Part shown: positions 50,152 to 63,451 of the stretch, piece by piece
How positions within the stretch are numbered: the first letter of the stretch is position 1
How the letters are laid out: each line of letters starts with the position of its first letter
Assembly: GCA_907165135.1 (NCBI GenBank)
Contig: OU015567.1
Coordinates: 10,106,001-10,170,000, forward strand
DNA from: Oikopleura dioica
Taxonomy: Eukaryota > Animalia > Chordata
DNA length: 64,000 nt
Direction of reading: 5' to 3'
Notes under the pieces: model-generated
Databases searched by the model: none
What the model was told of the DNA's origin: nothing
Seen by the model: the letters and a program-made list of their open reading frames with translations, nothing else
Program-made: the position numbers and the translations under genes

Positions 50152-53100
50152 TTAAAAGGAGTCGGAATGACCGAGCGACCCAGATTTACTCTCGCAAGGT
50201 CTAACGTAGATTTTAACCCTCTCCTTCATCATGTCCCGTTTTCTTCGTGCGATCAAGCACGTGATTGAAAAGACCACGGCGAGGATGGAGATCAGTGCGA
50301 CGACGCATAGCATGACATTGAAGGAAACTGTTCCGGCTAAAAAGAAAGAAACGGTTAGTGACTTGAAATTTTATCGTGAGCTGTTTTCGAGAAATGAACG
50401 GAGTTATCAGAGATTAGGGGATTTCAAGGAGCATAAGCTCTTCCTGTGCGGCAGCTCGGAAAAAATGTTGCAACCGCGGTTGGGAGATATACTCGGCTGA
50501 CGTAAAATATGACTGCCTGTCGGATTTGTGTTCTGTAGGAACCAGTTTTGGGACTTGAGTAATTGAGAGGGTGATGTCATCAGAGTGAAATTTGTGGATT
50601 TCTTTTTTTGATTTTTTTCTGTTAGATTTTTTTGACGACCAAAGTTTTTATTCAAGAAAAAGTGGAAAAAGAAGTTGCTCAAGAAAGTTGAATCCAGAAT
50701 GATGTTAATGATTGTTAAAATTTATTCGACCCTGCGGATGCCAACGACAACACTTTCCCGCCAAAATGCAAACTGATTTTGCAAGAATTTGCTTTTTGGA
50801 ACAAAAAAAAAAAGGTTTTAACGGCATGGCCACCCGCTGGGCCGCAAAAATGCTCCGATCGGGAATAATAAAACGAAATCAGAACATCAGAGGAGGAATA
50901 GTTTTGGTTATACGGGCGAATATTGAGATTCTTGAGACTGTGAATGAAATGAATGTACGGTTGTTTTTTTGAGCAAGGAGGGTCGTTGAGTATTTGGAAA
51001 GGGATTAAGGAAAGAGCGCGTTTTCAGTGTTCACGAGAGGCAACAACATCCTCAAGTCGGGATGAGCTGGGTTATCTACGGCTTCCCAAAAACTGAGCAG
51101 AATTTCGAACAGTCCCAGGCTTTGCTACAGTCGCTAGATCTCCGGGGTCGATCTCAAAATTCAAAAATTAATCTCAAATTTTGAATACAGCCTTAATTGT
51201 TTTGTCAGAACTTGAATGCCCTTTTTCAAATTGTGCCAAATTAACTTTAAATACACCAAAAGAGCGATTTCTTTTGAAGTTAGAGAATAAGAAGATCGAC
51301 CCCAAATCTGTGTTTTTCGCACTCTTCGGTCTCCCACCAAGTGGATGAGCTCGAAGTGGCGCAAAACTCGTTAGATTTGCACACTGGATCCTCTGCCCAC
51401 TTTTTGCACCAGATAAATCACTGATAAGCTCAAGAGCCCCGCAAAAAATACTAGAGCTGCTTACACTCGCGTCAATTCTAGTGGGTAAACATACACTCTC
51501 TTCTCTAAGTAAGAAGATACATTTTCCAGCTCACGTTTTTCATTTTGAAAATAGATCTGATCTTGCTTTTACAGTTATACCCCCTTAAAATTAGACGAGA
51601 GGTTTAGAAATAGAACTTTCTCGAAATATTCGTGCAGACGCTCAACCGAGAAAACCTCCGTTAGAATCTTTTTGTAGGTACACGCAAGCTTACAGCTGTC
51701 TGATCTCCTTACGCTGATAACCGCTACCTCCTAAGCTCGCAGTTGAAAAGTACATATTTGGAACAAGATGCGCTGGAAAACTAAATTTTCCGAAAAATCG
51801 AAAGATCAGCTCCGTAAAATTCGTAAAAGCGTTTTCAACCTGGAACAAGCAAGTTACGTAAACGTAAATCTCCCAGAAGCGCTTAATTTCATCCCTTTCT
51901 CCCCTACTAGCGTCACTTCTTTATCTCCTCCTCTCCAGTCGCAGCTGGATCTATTTATCGTGCTGATCCGCACTTTACCCATAATCCACGGCGCTCACTC
52001 CAAATTTCATATTTTATCGGCGAATTGGCCGCACGGCACTTTACACCGCGAAAAGTGGACATTGAGGGGCCGTGTTAATCCAGATGTAGAGCGCTACGTG
52101 GCTCAAATCATTTTTTCTAGCGTCTCAGCCCATTCAACCCCCGACTGGATTACGTAACTGTTTTAAGTGGAACTTATGACTGCATTCGTAAAAGTACAGT
52201 TTTTCTCTAGTTGATCGAGCTTGAGCCGAATGTTAGTACAAATAAGCCGGGCACAATCGACGAGGGATAAAGTTACGGCGGGGGGTTAAACTCGAAATGA
52301 CATTCTGAGCTCCAAGGAGTTCAAAACGCAATCCGAACAACGTGATCATCGGTTAAAATTACGGTAGTAGACGTTGTAAAATCGAATTCATCGAAAGTAT
52401 TTTTCCGATGTTTCGAGGTATTCTACTTGAAACCGCCATCGTGTTTAAAGAATTCAAAACTGTATCTTGAATAATCAGAAAATGGCAAAAGGTCGTTGGA
52501 ACTCTTCTGTTCTCAATTTTCAAATGTTAGTGATAGGATAAATTCAGTCTAAGCGCGCCCCGGAATGGGTTGAGCGGGCGATAACGTGCTAAGGTGAGGG
52601 ACTGGCGTGATAACCAACCGGTCGATAGCCTTAGAAGTGCTTCAGCTGCTCGAGGAAGTGAATCGAGCGCGGGAGATAGAGCCCTGGAATTCGAGCTTGG
52701 GTTTTCTTTTACAAAAAGACACAGTTGGAAGTGGTTTTTGACGCTTTTACGAATCTAATTACGCGGCGCATAAACGACACGAGTTTCTTAGCGAGCGGTG
52801 AATACTAATAAACTAATCGAATTCGAAGAGTTTTACAATGATTCACTTTCCAAAATGATTTTCTGAATGGAGCGTAAAAACTTCAGTGATTTATCCGTGC
52901 CTTATTCCAAAAGAACGCCCCGACGCAACCTTTCCAGCATTTTCCTTTTTGACACCCGCAACATTCGCCATCGCATTCATTTTCTTCACGGAGTTACTGA
53001 GACGCAGAACTTGTTTTTTTTCTTTGTAAAATGATGATAGAACACTGCTCTTTTCTTGAGAAAAGGAGCGTGAAAATGATAGATGGAATAGCAGATGCAA

Positions 53101-56100
53101 TAAACGATTGAGTAAAAGAAGCAGTCACGTTTTTCTTCTTTTTTTCGCGTGAAAAAATGATTAAGGGTTTCACTCTGTTAATACCGGAAAACACCTTGGT
53201 TCGCTTTTTCGTTTCAACTTTGGTGAAACTTGAGTCAATTTGAAAAATGGACGGAAATACGTCTAAATAATCAGCTCTCGCTCTATGCTAATGCGCTATC
53301 ATTTCGACCCCTACTCCCTTATTCCGTTCTTTCTCGAAAAGAAAACAGGAACCAGTGTACTTACGTGTGAGTACAGTAACGCTTCCTTTTGAGATGATGA
53401 TTCTGTCGAGGATTTCGAATTCTTCGGTATGCTCCTGGAGTCGCTTAGAAATGGTTTGAAAGCAATGTTTTATTGTGGTTTCCCTGCTCCTTGGAAAATG
53501 TAAAACGTGGTAAATAACTCTACGGTCGGCCTTAATTCCTAATTCAACAGGAAGCTACAATTTGTAGACCTCCTTACCGCAAAAAATGCCAGGTTTCCTT
53601 TGAGCAGGGTTCATAAACGCGCTCCAAATATTTATATTTTTCGTCTGTGTCAGTGACTAGTAACTGGTAACTTTACGAAAAAGCCACAAACACACAATTT
53701 GGTGACCAGGGTTACCCATGTTCTAATGCTAAGGCGCGACCCCAAACAAGGGTGACGAAATAATCACGACCCATAGAGAGCTAAACACAAAACTGGAGGG
53801 GTCGACTTTCTCACTCAAGAAAACAGATATGTTCAAATAAACATAACTCAAAGCTACAAAATCATATCTAGCGCAGATACTAGCACCTTAGACGATCATT
53901 TTCGGCTTATATCCATCATGATTGCGAGTCTCCTCGGTATCAATCATTTTTCTAGAGACTAAATTAGATTGCGATTAAAAAACCTTGGCTGGTGAGAAGC
54001 TACTAGGCGGCAAAACTTAAAGCCAATTTTGTGAGGGCTTTCAGAAGCGCGGCTTCTTGGAGCCTTCCTCGCAAAATGAAATTAATATCGTTGCGTGGTT
54101 GAACGCTCTCTTCTAAAACCACGATCCTGGATAGGTAGATCGGCCAGCAGCACGGCTTCGAGTGACACGTAGTTAAGTCCTTTGGAATTGTTGCTTCCGG
54201 TGGATCGTCGTCTTCGGTTTCCATTTTGGCCGCATTGGGGAACACAATCTTCAGCGTTGGTAGCTTCGCAGGCACGGACGGAGCAATGGAGCCAGACGTC
54301 GTTGAGGTCGTCGCCGATGAATTTGAACATTTTCAAATCGAATCGGCCTTGGAGAGAAACGCCGTTGGAGTGCACTTTCAACGATGTATCGCCGGCGACG
54401 GGGCAGGCATCCTAGAAGAAGGGTTGTAGATTTATTACATGTAAACATCGCGCTGTCTTGACATTATACATTCAGCAACGGAATCTTACCTGAATCATGT
54501 AGTATCGCATCGTGTTGTCCCGATCGGCCACTGGAGTACCCCAGCACTTCTCCATAACAACCACCAGTTCGGACTAAAAATAAAATAAATTTCAGCCTGC
54601 CTTTTAAGTTACTGCAATATTAACTAATAACAATTGAGCTACAATACCCTTGCCCCTTGAAGTACTCGTTTTAGCACTTTCAAAAGGCTTAGCCTACAAA
54701 AATTTGAGCTACCGTAGAAAGGAGAAATGAGTTTTTATTCACGTGGTCAAGCGGTGGTCACTTGCGAACTCAAGAAGTTCCTAAGGGTTTCACTGTCGCT
54801 CCTTGTGATCTCGACTATCGTGAGAGCTAGAAGAAATCTGAAAGTGGTTCACATCAAGGGCTGCTAATATCAGTAAAGAGAGTGAATCTCAGTTTCTAAA
54901 ATAGAAAAAAAGCTGATTGAACTTTTTTCAAACACCGAAAAAACGCGGATTGAACCACAAAACGGCAGAAGAACAAAATCTGTAACCTCATTAACCTTAG
55001 CCGGCCAGGGTGCACCATCTATGGAACAGGGGTCAAAGAATTGGGTCTCCCACCGAAGTGATTTTGAGTTTCGAAAAACGGAAGAAACTGTAGGGCTATT
55101 TATCGATAAGCTACCCTTAGGTTACCTTTTGACTACCCTTGGTTAGGGTTAGGGTTCGGAAATAGGCTTATTTTGAGAATGACTGCATGCACCATGTATG
55201 GTGCATTGCTACAATGGCGCCGACACCACTGATGGTGCTTTTGGCCGGTAGGCAGTATTTTTCGCCGAAAAATTCGCCGAATAGTCTCCCTTTTCGAATT
55301 GGAAGACTTAACCTGATGCTTAAACCCAAACCTTAATCCGCACCCAAACCCAAACCCAAACTAAGAACCAAACCCGAACACTAACCAAGAACCCAAAAAC
55401 AAACCCAAAGACGTACGTAATAGAATTTGAGTTCAATTTTTCAAGAATATAAGCAGGTGATGCACCACTCATGGTGCATTTGGCCGGTAGGGTCAGAAAT
55501 GACATTTTGGCCGGCTAAGGTTAAATAAAAACTATTTAACCTAATCCACTAATCCGTTCAAATACTCGCGGCACTCCCTTTTACTTTTTCTGCTAAAAAG
55601 TCACGTTTTCCCCAAAACTATACGAAATAACGAAAAGCGAAACCTTATCACTTCGAAACTTCCATAACGGTAGCTGGAGAAAGCATTGGGACGCGCCACG
55701 CAAATTTGCGAAAACTGGGAACTTCCGAAAGACGCGGAAATCCCCTTGTAACGAACGCTGCCGACGATCTTAGATAATAATCGCACAAGCAACGTCGGGG
55801 GATGAAACCTTGGCGTTTGTTCAATAAAAGTTATGTTCCTTTCTCGCTCTCCAATATTTTTTGGGAAGGGCAGCGGAATATGATAAGGCGAAGATGGCGA
55901 AGAAGGGACATGATTTAATCGTGTATCAAGTGTTGAGGAATAATTCCAAGGGTGTCTTATCGAATTTGTTTTCAAATCGAATGAAGATTTTTAAGCAATA
56001 ATGTTTTTATCGCTTTCTCATTTCTCAAAACGAAAGACTTCCAAGCTTTTTGATGCACTATCTCATTTTAAATCTTTCATCAAAATAAAAAAAAAAATTC

Positions 56101-59100
56101 CCGCAACCGCCCCTTATAATGGTTTTTTTATGAAGATTAAGCCTTCTTATGGCAATTTACGGGAAATATAAATGGACCAGGATTACTAAGATTTGGGGTC
56201 AGAGCCCAGCCCGATAAGCTCTCTCCCGCGTCAGTCGAGTTTTTCCGATGTGCTTTTTTTAAACGACCACAAGATGGTTCTACGCGAGGTTTTCGGAGCA
56301 TCCGGCATTAGAACCGGCTCACAACATCATCACACCGCTCATTTAAAACATCCACCTGTTCCGGGCCAAGACGATTTCTAAGGCCCTTCACGTGACATTT
56401 TCTGTATCTGGCCGAGGCATGTCCAAATTCCAAGCAGTTGTTCCGGGCTGGAACCGAAAACCGGCCGCCCATGAGAGAAGGAGAGGATCAATTCTTGATG
56501 CCAAAAATGCTCAAATCGAAATTCCGATGCCAAATTGCACGGTTTATCGAGCTTCCTACTTGCTACGTGCGCTACAATTTTAGAAAATATAAAGAAAAAA
56601 GTGGTCATTCTTTCTCTCACAAGGCAAAAGTTCTCTAATAAATAATCTTTTTTCGATAAAACTTCTTCTTTTAATATTTTGAAAAACAATTTTGTGTTCG
56701 AAAAAATCTTTATATTTTCCCTTCAAACACCTTTAAAATGTTCCGCCCTCCTCCCCACGACCCAGAAAAGGGTTAATTGAACATGAGCTGAGCCAGATAA
56801 GAATTACTTGGTTCATGTGTTCTACCGACGTGTCTGATGTAAAAGGCGCACCCGCAAGGCTCCGGAAAGTAATGGGATTACAGCTCCGCCGTTAAATTTC
56901 AAAAGTCCAAAATGATACCCAACTGCACATTTTCGATTCGGGAGACAAATCCTACCAAGCCATTATGTAATGGAATCTGTTCAAGTCGAATTCTAAGCTG
57001 CCTTATCCCATAAATAAGGGTGTCAGTCTATTAACTGGGGAATAAATGTTAAACGGAATAAGTTGAAGTTCTCTCCGTCTGACTGTAATTTATGCATTTA
57101 TCCGTAAGTTAGAGTCCGCTACAAGAGCTGTAGGCAGCAAAAAGAGTGAGTAGAGAGCCTTAGCTTTAAGGACTTCCTCTTTCTTAGCGAATGTAGAAAT
57201 ACATTAAGCTCGAGTGCCCAAAATCCCCTCTCATTTCATCCCTCGCCTTCTATTATAGTTTGCGAATTGGCTACTTCAACGGACAAGTGCTTAGCTTAAT
57301 GAAGACTTACATTCTTGGCAATATCGGTGATAAGTGGCCTTTCCAGGTTGACTTCGACGTAGAGCACATCATCGAGAGCGAGGACAGGAGGGGCAGTGTA
57401 GAAATCAGTGTAGTTTTCGTTCTTGAACAGTCGCATGTCTCCTTTCAAGTTTCGTACTTTTGTTCGCAGCGCTTGAGTTCTGAAAAAGAAAAATAAATAA
57501 CGAAAGAAAGGGAAATCGGGGTCGTTGATTAAATTAGTTGATTTAAGGGAATTATTTGTCATAAGCCGTTTATTCTCGTGACAGGGGAGGCTGTGGCCGG
57601 TGCTTATCGGTTCAACCCTCGTGGATAATGCTTGTCAACTGTTTTGGCACTTAAAATGGATTTCCGAAATGGCAACGTGAGGTTAGACTAGATCTGGAGC
57701 GCTTTAGACGGCCAAAGATGATTTTTAAGTGGCTTCGAAATCATAAAGCCGAGATAGGAAAGTCTTGATTTTCTAGGGCCGTTTGCTAAATCGGCTAATT
57801 CCGACCCTCGCTCGTGATTACTGAATCCGCTTTGAGACTTGAAGTTTGTCTTATGTAATAATTTAGCCGTTTAGAAATTGCGCTTTGCATTTTGGTCTTT
57901 TAACCCGTTGACGTAAGTAATCTGTGTACGCGATTTCGGAAGCCAACTTTGCCCCGTCAAAAGGCTCCGCCAAAGTTTGTTTGTGTGCACCAACTTATAA
58001 TTTAGCCAGTTTTAGAAGAAGCGGCCTTTATTAGCCAGTTCCCTTCTCGTGAAAATTGGGCTGGGCTTAGTTCCGCTTCAATTGAAAGAAAAATTTACAA
58101 TGCGTCAAAAATTGCGTCGTTGAATTGAAAATTGCATGGTCTTCGTAACTCTGGCAAAGTAAATTGAATTGGTACTACTCTTACTGAACACAACAAAGAA
58201 CCGGTAATAAGTGTATAATAAGTATTGCTACAAGTGGAGGCTTTGTTATCACATGTTTTCACTCGGTTGTACTCAGAGAAAACCGATGACCTTGAAGTCT
58301 TTCCTAACGGAAACACGTGACTTTGTCCTCTTTTTTTCACAAAGATAAAGGGTTTCAAACACACTGAAAAATGTAAAGCAAGCAAAAAAAAATCAAACAC
58401 GTTCTTTCGCCGTTTCACTTTAGAACGAGAATATGAGTCCACCTCAAAAATGAAAATTCGCCATAGCAAATGGCTTCGTCGTTACATTTTTCCTGCCGAT
58501 AATGCTTTTATCAGTATCAGTTAGAGACCGCCAGCGTTATCAAATTCGGCGCCAGTGCAAGTTATTATCAAATTAAGCAGGAGAGAGGATATCCAATTAC
58601 ATGATTTCTTCATATCTTGAGTATATAAAATAGAAAACTGTAATTAGAAAATGATACATATCTTCAAGTCAGCTGAAATGATGTAAAAAATATACTTCTA
58701 TTTTTAGTTATTATTCGATTTTTTTACCGTAAAAATTCAAAACCATAAAAACTTTCTAAGGCTTGCCATCCAGTTTAGCCTCCCTCTTTCTGGAAGTGGC
58801 ATCTGCAATTAAGGGCCCGCAGATAAAAAATCCCCTGTGATAAGGAATTGAATATCCTCTCCCCTGCTGGTATGCCGGATATGAAAAGGTAAGCTGGGCA
58901 TTTCTAAACAGAGGCTGCGCTGGCAGTTACATAAGCTAGCCAAAACTTCCCAAGTGGTTTTGGCGGCGGGCGGCGGCCCATTTCCCATTTCCGCCAAGAA
59001 CATCTCACGTGATCCCCTGTCTCGCGTCTGATAGAAAGGGTCATGTTCGCGCTAATCCGAAAATGGAAAGAAATTAAAAAAGACAAGAAGGAGAGCGACT

Positions 59101-62100
59101 AATCAGCGGCTTTTTAAACGGCGTGGAAGATCGTGTTCTTGATCAAGGATGGATGTAAGATTTGAGAAAATGGACAGGTTGAAGAATTCACTAAACGAAC
59201 TTGACTTTCGCGTAAGGGAGATTAGAGGAACAAGATCTTTGAGAAGCTGCTAGGGTCATCTTGATACGCGCAAATCTGCAAATGTTGTTTTACACTGAAG
59301 ATTGAACTCGTCAAAAGTTCAAGAAAACTTCCCAAAAATCAAAATAAAAAGAGATAAAATTCAAAGTTTTAGTGGCAGTTCAAAATTTTTTCGAATGCCT
59401 TAAAAATCTAAAATGACTCAATTTTGCGAAAATTATTTAAATTAAAAAATTATTTTAATTAAAATTTTTCTACAAGCTTCGACTCGAAGCCTTCGAGAGG
59501 TTCAATTTATTTTCCCTTCCCTTGCTTAATTTTAAAACTGGCAGCTGTATTGCATATTTATCTCCCGCTGACGTGCCTATTACAACTTTCATTCTCGATC
59601 GGAACATGTCACCTGACCAGGTGACGATTTTTGAGCACAAATTGTTGAGCTCAATTTTGTTGTTCACTAATAAGGGACGCTTAGCTAGAAGTAGATTGTT
59701 ACGTTGCGTCGCAAACGGCCATTAATGTCAGAAACGCATTTTCGCGCAACAGCCCTTGTTTTTCTAACGAGACGTTTTTTGTTGGCCTAAGTGGCTTCCG
59801 TACAAATCCGTGGACAAAGATTCTTCCTCCTGAATTTTCGCTGAGAGGGCGATTTGTTTCTTCCTTTTGTTTTTTTTTTACTTATTTTTAGACACGGAGT
59901 AAGTCCGGTCTTTTTTCGTCGCGATCATCAAGACTGACACAGTGTTTGGCAACCTGTGCAGAAAACCTGAGTCAGGCTTTGAAGAGCTAGAATGAAAAGC
60001 CGCGTAGCGGCTTTTTTGAAAACGAAGCCGAGAAGCGGCTTCGCCAATATTTTAAAAAACATAAGAGTGATTTTGGTCGCCGGGCCCTGTGTAGAAAACC
60101 TGAGTCAGGGTCCTGCTAGAATAAACAATAGATTAAAGGTCTGATAAAAGGTGCTTCTGAGAGGAAGTAATGGCGAGAAAGACCTTTTCCCAAAAGCCTA
60201 AAATAAAAGGCTCTCTAGAAAAAGTCTGTTGAGGAATTACCGGTGATGGTAAAGAAACACGACCACGGTGCCCTTCTGCAGAAGCCGCTTCTGATGCGGC
60301 GCGCTCATTAGAAGCCCTCTCGAGGCCCTAAGGATTTGCTCTTCGCGAGGAGAGTTTAATTTTCCTTGAAACGGAGAAAATATCTCAAAAACCCAGTCAT
60401 TAAAGTCGCTTCCGCCAGGAATTAGAATCGAGACTCGAATATTTAGAGCAAATGGCGCAATTGATTATCAAAAAATTTCATAAAAAATTAAAAGCAATAA
60501 GCAGAAAAACTAATTCTTCTCAGAGTGCTATAAGCAGAAATTTCTAAACTTGCTGTAGTGAGCAAAAAACTCGGGCTTATCCGTGGTTCACATAACGTAT
60601 TTGACTTAATGTGAGCTGATTACACTAGTCCCTTTCAAACGACAAGCGAAATGCGTTGTTCTTGCGGGAACAAAAATAGTGACAGTTACCAGATTTAATT
60701 TTTTTTGCAAAAAAAAAAAAATTGGCGGCTAAAATCGGCAAAAGATGCGACTAATAATTCGAATTTTCCCAAATTTTTTTTTCTGAAATCTGATTGGCCC
60801 GACAACCGAATTCGGGCATCTGATTGGTCTAATATTCGACTAGCATTTTTGTCAAAATTATCACTTATTTTCGATAAAGGAACCTCTCCATAAGCGATTA
60901 ATTTTTCATTTTCCGAATGAAAAGATTCTGTGAGCATAAAATCCTGCTAAACCCACTTCTAAAATGAAAATCGAAAAAGAAGAGCCGCGCCTTATTCGAA
61001 TAATTCTTCGCCAAGTCTACTTCCTTTTCGATTTAGAAGCAGCACTGTTGTATAAAGCTGTTACGTGGTGCACCTGTTTCGAATACAATGACGAAATAGT
61101 TTTAATTTTTTCCAAATTCAATTTTTTCGCGAATTCCGGATTCGGCCGAGATGATGCGGCGTCGCACGTGACGAAAGGTAAAAAATTGAGGATAAATTAA
61201 ATTTTGAGATTCCGCGCTCTCTATCTTTCATATTGAAATTTCAAGAGCTGCTACTTGAACTGTCACATCTCTATATACTCGCACGCGTAATATCAAGAGC
61301 ACTGATAGAAAAAGGTTAGAATTACGAGGGTAGAACAATTCCATGAATTCCATGAAGTGATCTTCATTGGAGAGAAACCCCTCAAAAGAGAGTTTTCCAC
61401 TTTCAACTTGAAAATGACAAGATCGTTATTTTGCCTTCACGCTCGTATTTTCAGAAGCTATATCTGCATTATGAAAGCAGGAGTACGTGTAAAGTTAGCC
61501 TAGGAGCAGGTGTGTGAGTCAATAAGAAAAGGTGGAGGGGACTGTTGAATGGAGCCGCTTCTAATCTCCGGTAAACTCATATCACGATCCTTATCACACT
61601 AGTTTACGTACTGCCCGGATTTGGCCAATTTGCAACGCCTCGTCAGTCGGGTCACGTGAGATAATCGCCAGGGTGAGAATTTGCATCTCGGAATATTTTT
61701 TCAAGTTTTACTCAACTAACTTTACTGATAAAAAATGAGTGATATGAAATATTAACTGTATTTATCAACTTTTGAAAATCAGTTAGAATTTTAGAAAATG
61801 TCCAAATTTTAGCTAGAAGTTGAGTAAAATTGCCGCGCCCAATTATCTTAGCCTAGCCTTTTGTTCACTCGTCTATCTTTGGTCTAATTAGCGTTGCCTG
61901 TCAGATGGCGTTTTCTGGACCGGTTCGAGCAAAATCAAAATCGCTCGCTCTTCAAAGACCCGGTTCACTTTTTTCAATTCAATTTTCACTCGCTACGTGG
62001 CTTTCAAATCTTTCGTCGGGGCGGAATATTTTTAAATATTTGCACCTTTCCGTTTCTTTTTCATGCGTTTTGGAATTTGATTTTGTCTCCAGGAGGGATT

Positions 62101-63451
62101 TTGGATTAAATCTGCCGTGCCCGTGTTTGATCTCGAAATAAACAGCCTTTTACGTGAGAAACTCTATAATTACGATAATGATATTTTTAGCCGAAAACCA
62201 AAGCAGGAAGTCGAAAAAATAGCCGTTTACTATGTAAAAAACCTTAGTGGGGGCCTTGAAAAAACTGTTAAAATTCGTTGAAAACGAGTTGTTCCAACAG
62301 AGCGGTCCAATTACAGTAACTCCAGCCGCTTAGAACGTTCCGGCTGGGCGCGGTTACATCAACTCTCACGCGGTAAGCGCTGTTGGAATTCCTGAGCTCA
62401 GGTGTCGGCTCAGATCAGCAGTGCCTACCCGAGTTGCCGAGCAATTTGCATTTTAGAAAAATCATCGCAATTTTCAAATTCGAAATCATTCCAAAATGCC
62501 AGAACCCACGCGCGCGGTGAGGGCGACGGTAATCGCGCCCCAAAATGTGTCACTGCCGAGGTTGAGGCTTTCGAGGAAAAGCGATGTAATTTGCAAATCA
62601 TGAGGAATTTTATGAAAAAAGACGAAATATCCAACTCATCATTTTCTTTTTTAGAATGGAAGAAAAAATTGGTTTTAGAAATGAACTTCTTTGACGATCC
62701 GGATGAGGCTCAAAAGCTAAGTTCTTTTGAATCCTCTCTCCGGATACGGCTTTTCTGACGAGCTATGACCGGCTTATGACAATTTTCAAAATAAGAATTT
62801 TCATTTTTTTGCTTATTTTTTCTTCGTGGATTTGAAAAATCAACTTACTTGATCCATGGCTGCATGTAATTGGAAGTGATCTGCTCGGTTGGGTAGACAC
62901 AGTTGAATTCGAGCAGATCCAGTTCTCGAGCAATCGCGGCGCTATAAAGTGTGTCAGTCACCTGTCACATGACCCGAGCCATGTCCGACAAGAGCGGAGA
63001 GCGACTCTTACCTTTCCGACGCGTCGTGCTTCAACACGTTGGTAAACTTGTAGTCGCTTACGTACGTCTCGTTTTTCCCGTTGATTCCTGAAGGAGAAGG
63101 GTTTAGAAATTTCATTAAAAGTTCTGACAGGTGAAAATCAGGGAAGAAGTGATAATTGAACCGCGACCTAAGCTGAGCAATCTATCAAAAAAAGCCTAAC
63201 GTGGCTTTTCATTAAAAATGTTTTAGACCCTGACTCAGATTTTCTACACAGGCTGTCGAGGTTGACCCTGGCTCGCAAAATTTAGATAAAATTGAAATTG
63301 CGCGTGACTACGGTATCAGATGATGTTTGGCGGAGGTAATTTACCTGTAACTTCTTCCACCAACATGTTGCACTTTGTAAAGTCGTCCCTAATCTTGAGG
63401 ACAACGTTGCCATCGTCGTCCTTTTCGCCGCCGCACTCGGGGTCATTCAAA
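50152..63451 (-). CDS. ZP-domain transmembrane protein (uromodulin/tectorin-like); 5' end not resolved
   Basis: Exons 63345-63451, 63012-63087, 62849-62941, 57311-57479, 54490-54573, 54127-54411, 53365-53443 and 50152-50336 join in phase. They encode LNDPEC, FNCVYP, LYVEVNL, EKCWGTP, ACP, SNGVSLQGRF.LKMFKF, WLHCSVRAC, furin site RRRRS, and TM VMLCVVALISILAVVFSITCLIA-RRKR. Confidence 0.88.
54995..55520. mobile_element. piggyBac-like MITE in a ZP-gene intron
   Basis: TTAA|CCTTAGCCGGCCA...TGGCCGGCTAAGG|TTAA, 13-bp TIR. Internal TGCACCA..ATGGTGCA palindromes and AAACCC/TTAGGG runs. Confidence 0.85.
59953..60109 (+). repeat. Short dispersed repeat, two direct copies; third copy inverted at 63184-63252
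   Basis: CCTGTGYAGAAAAYCTGAGTCAGG at 59953-59976, at 60086-60109 and (reverse complement) at 63229-63252. Confidence 0.75.

Noticed and set aside
50231-50500. 89-aa plus-strand ORF
   Set aside because: Antisense to the ZP gene's TM exon.
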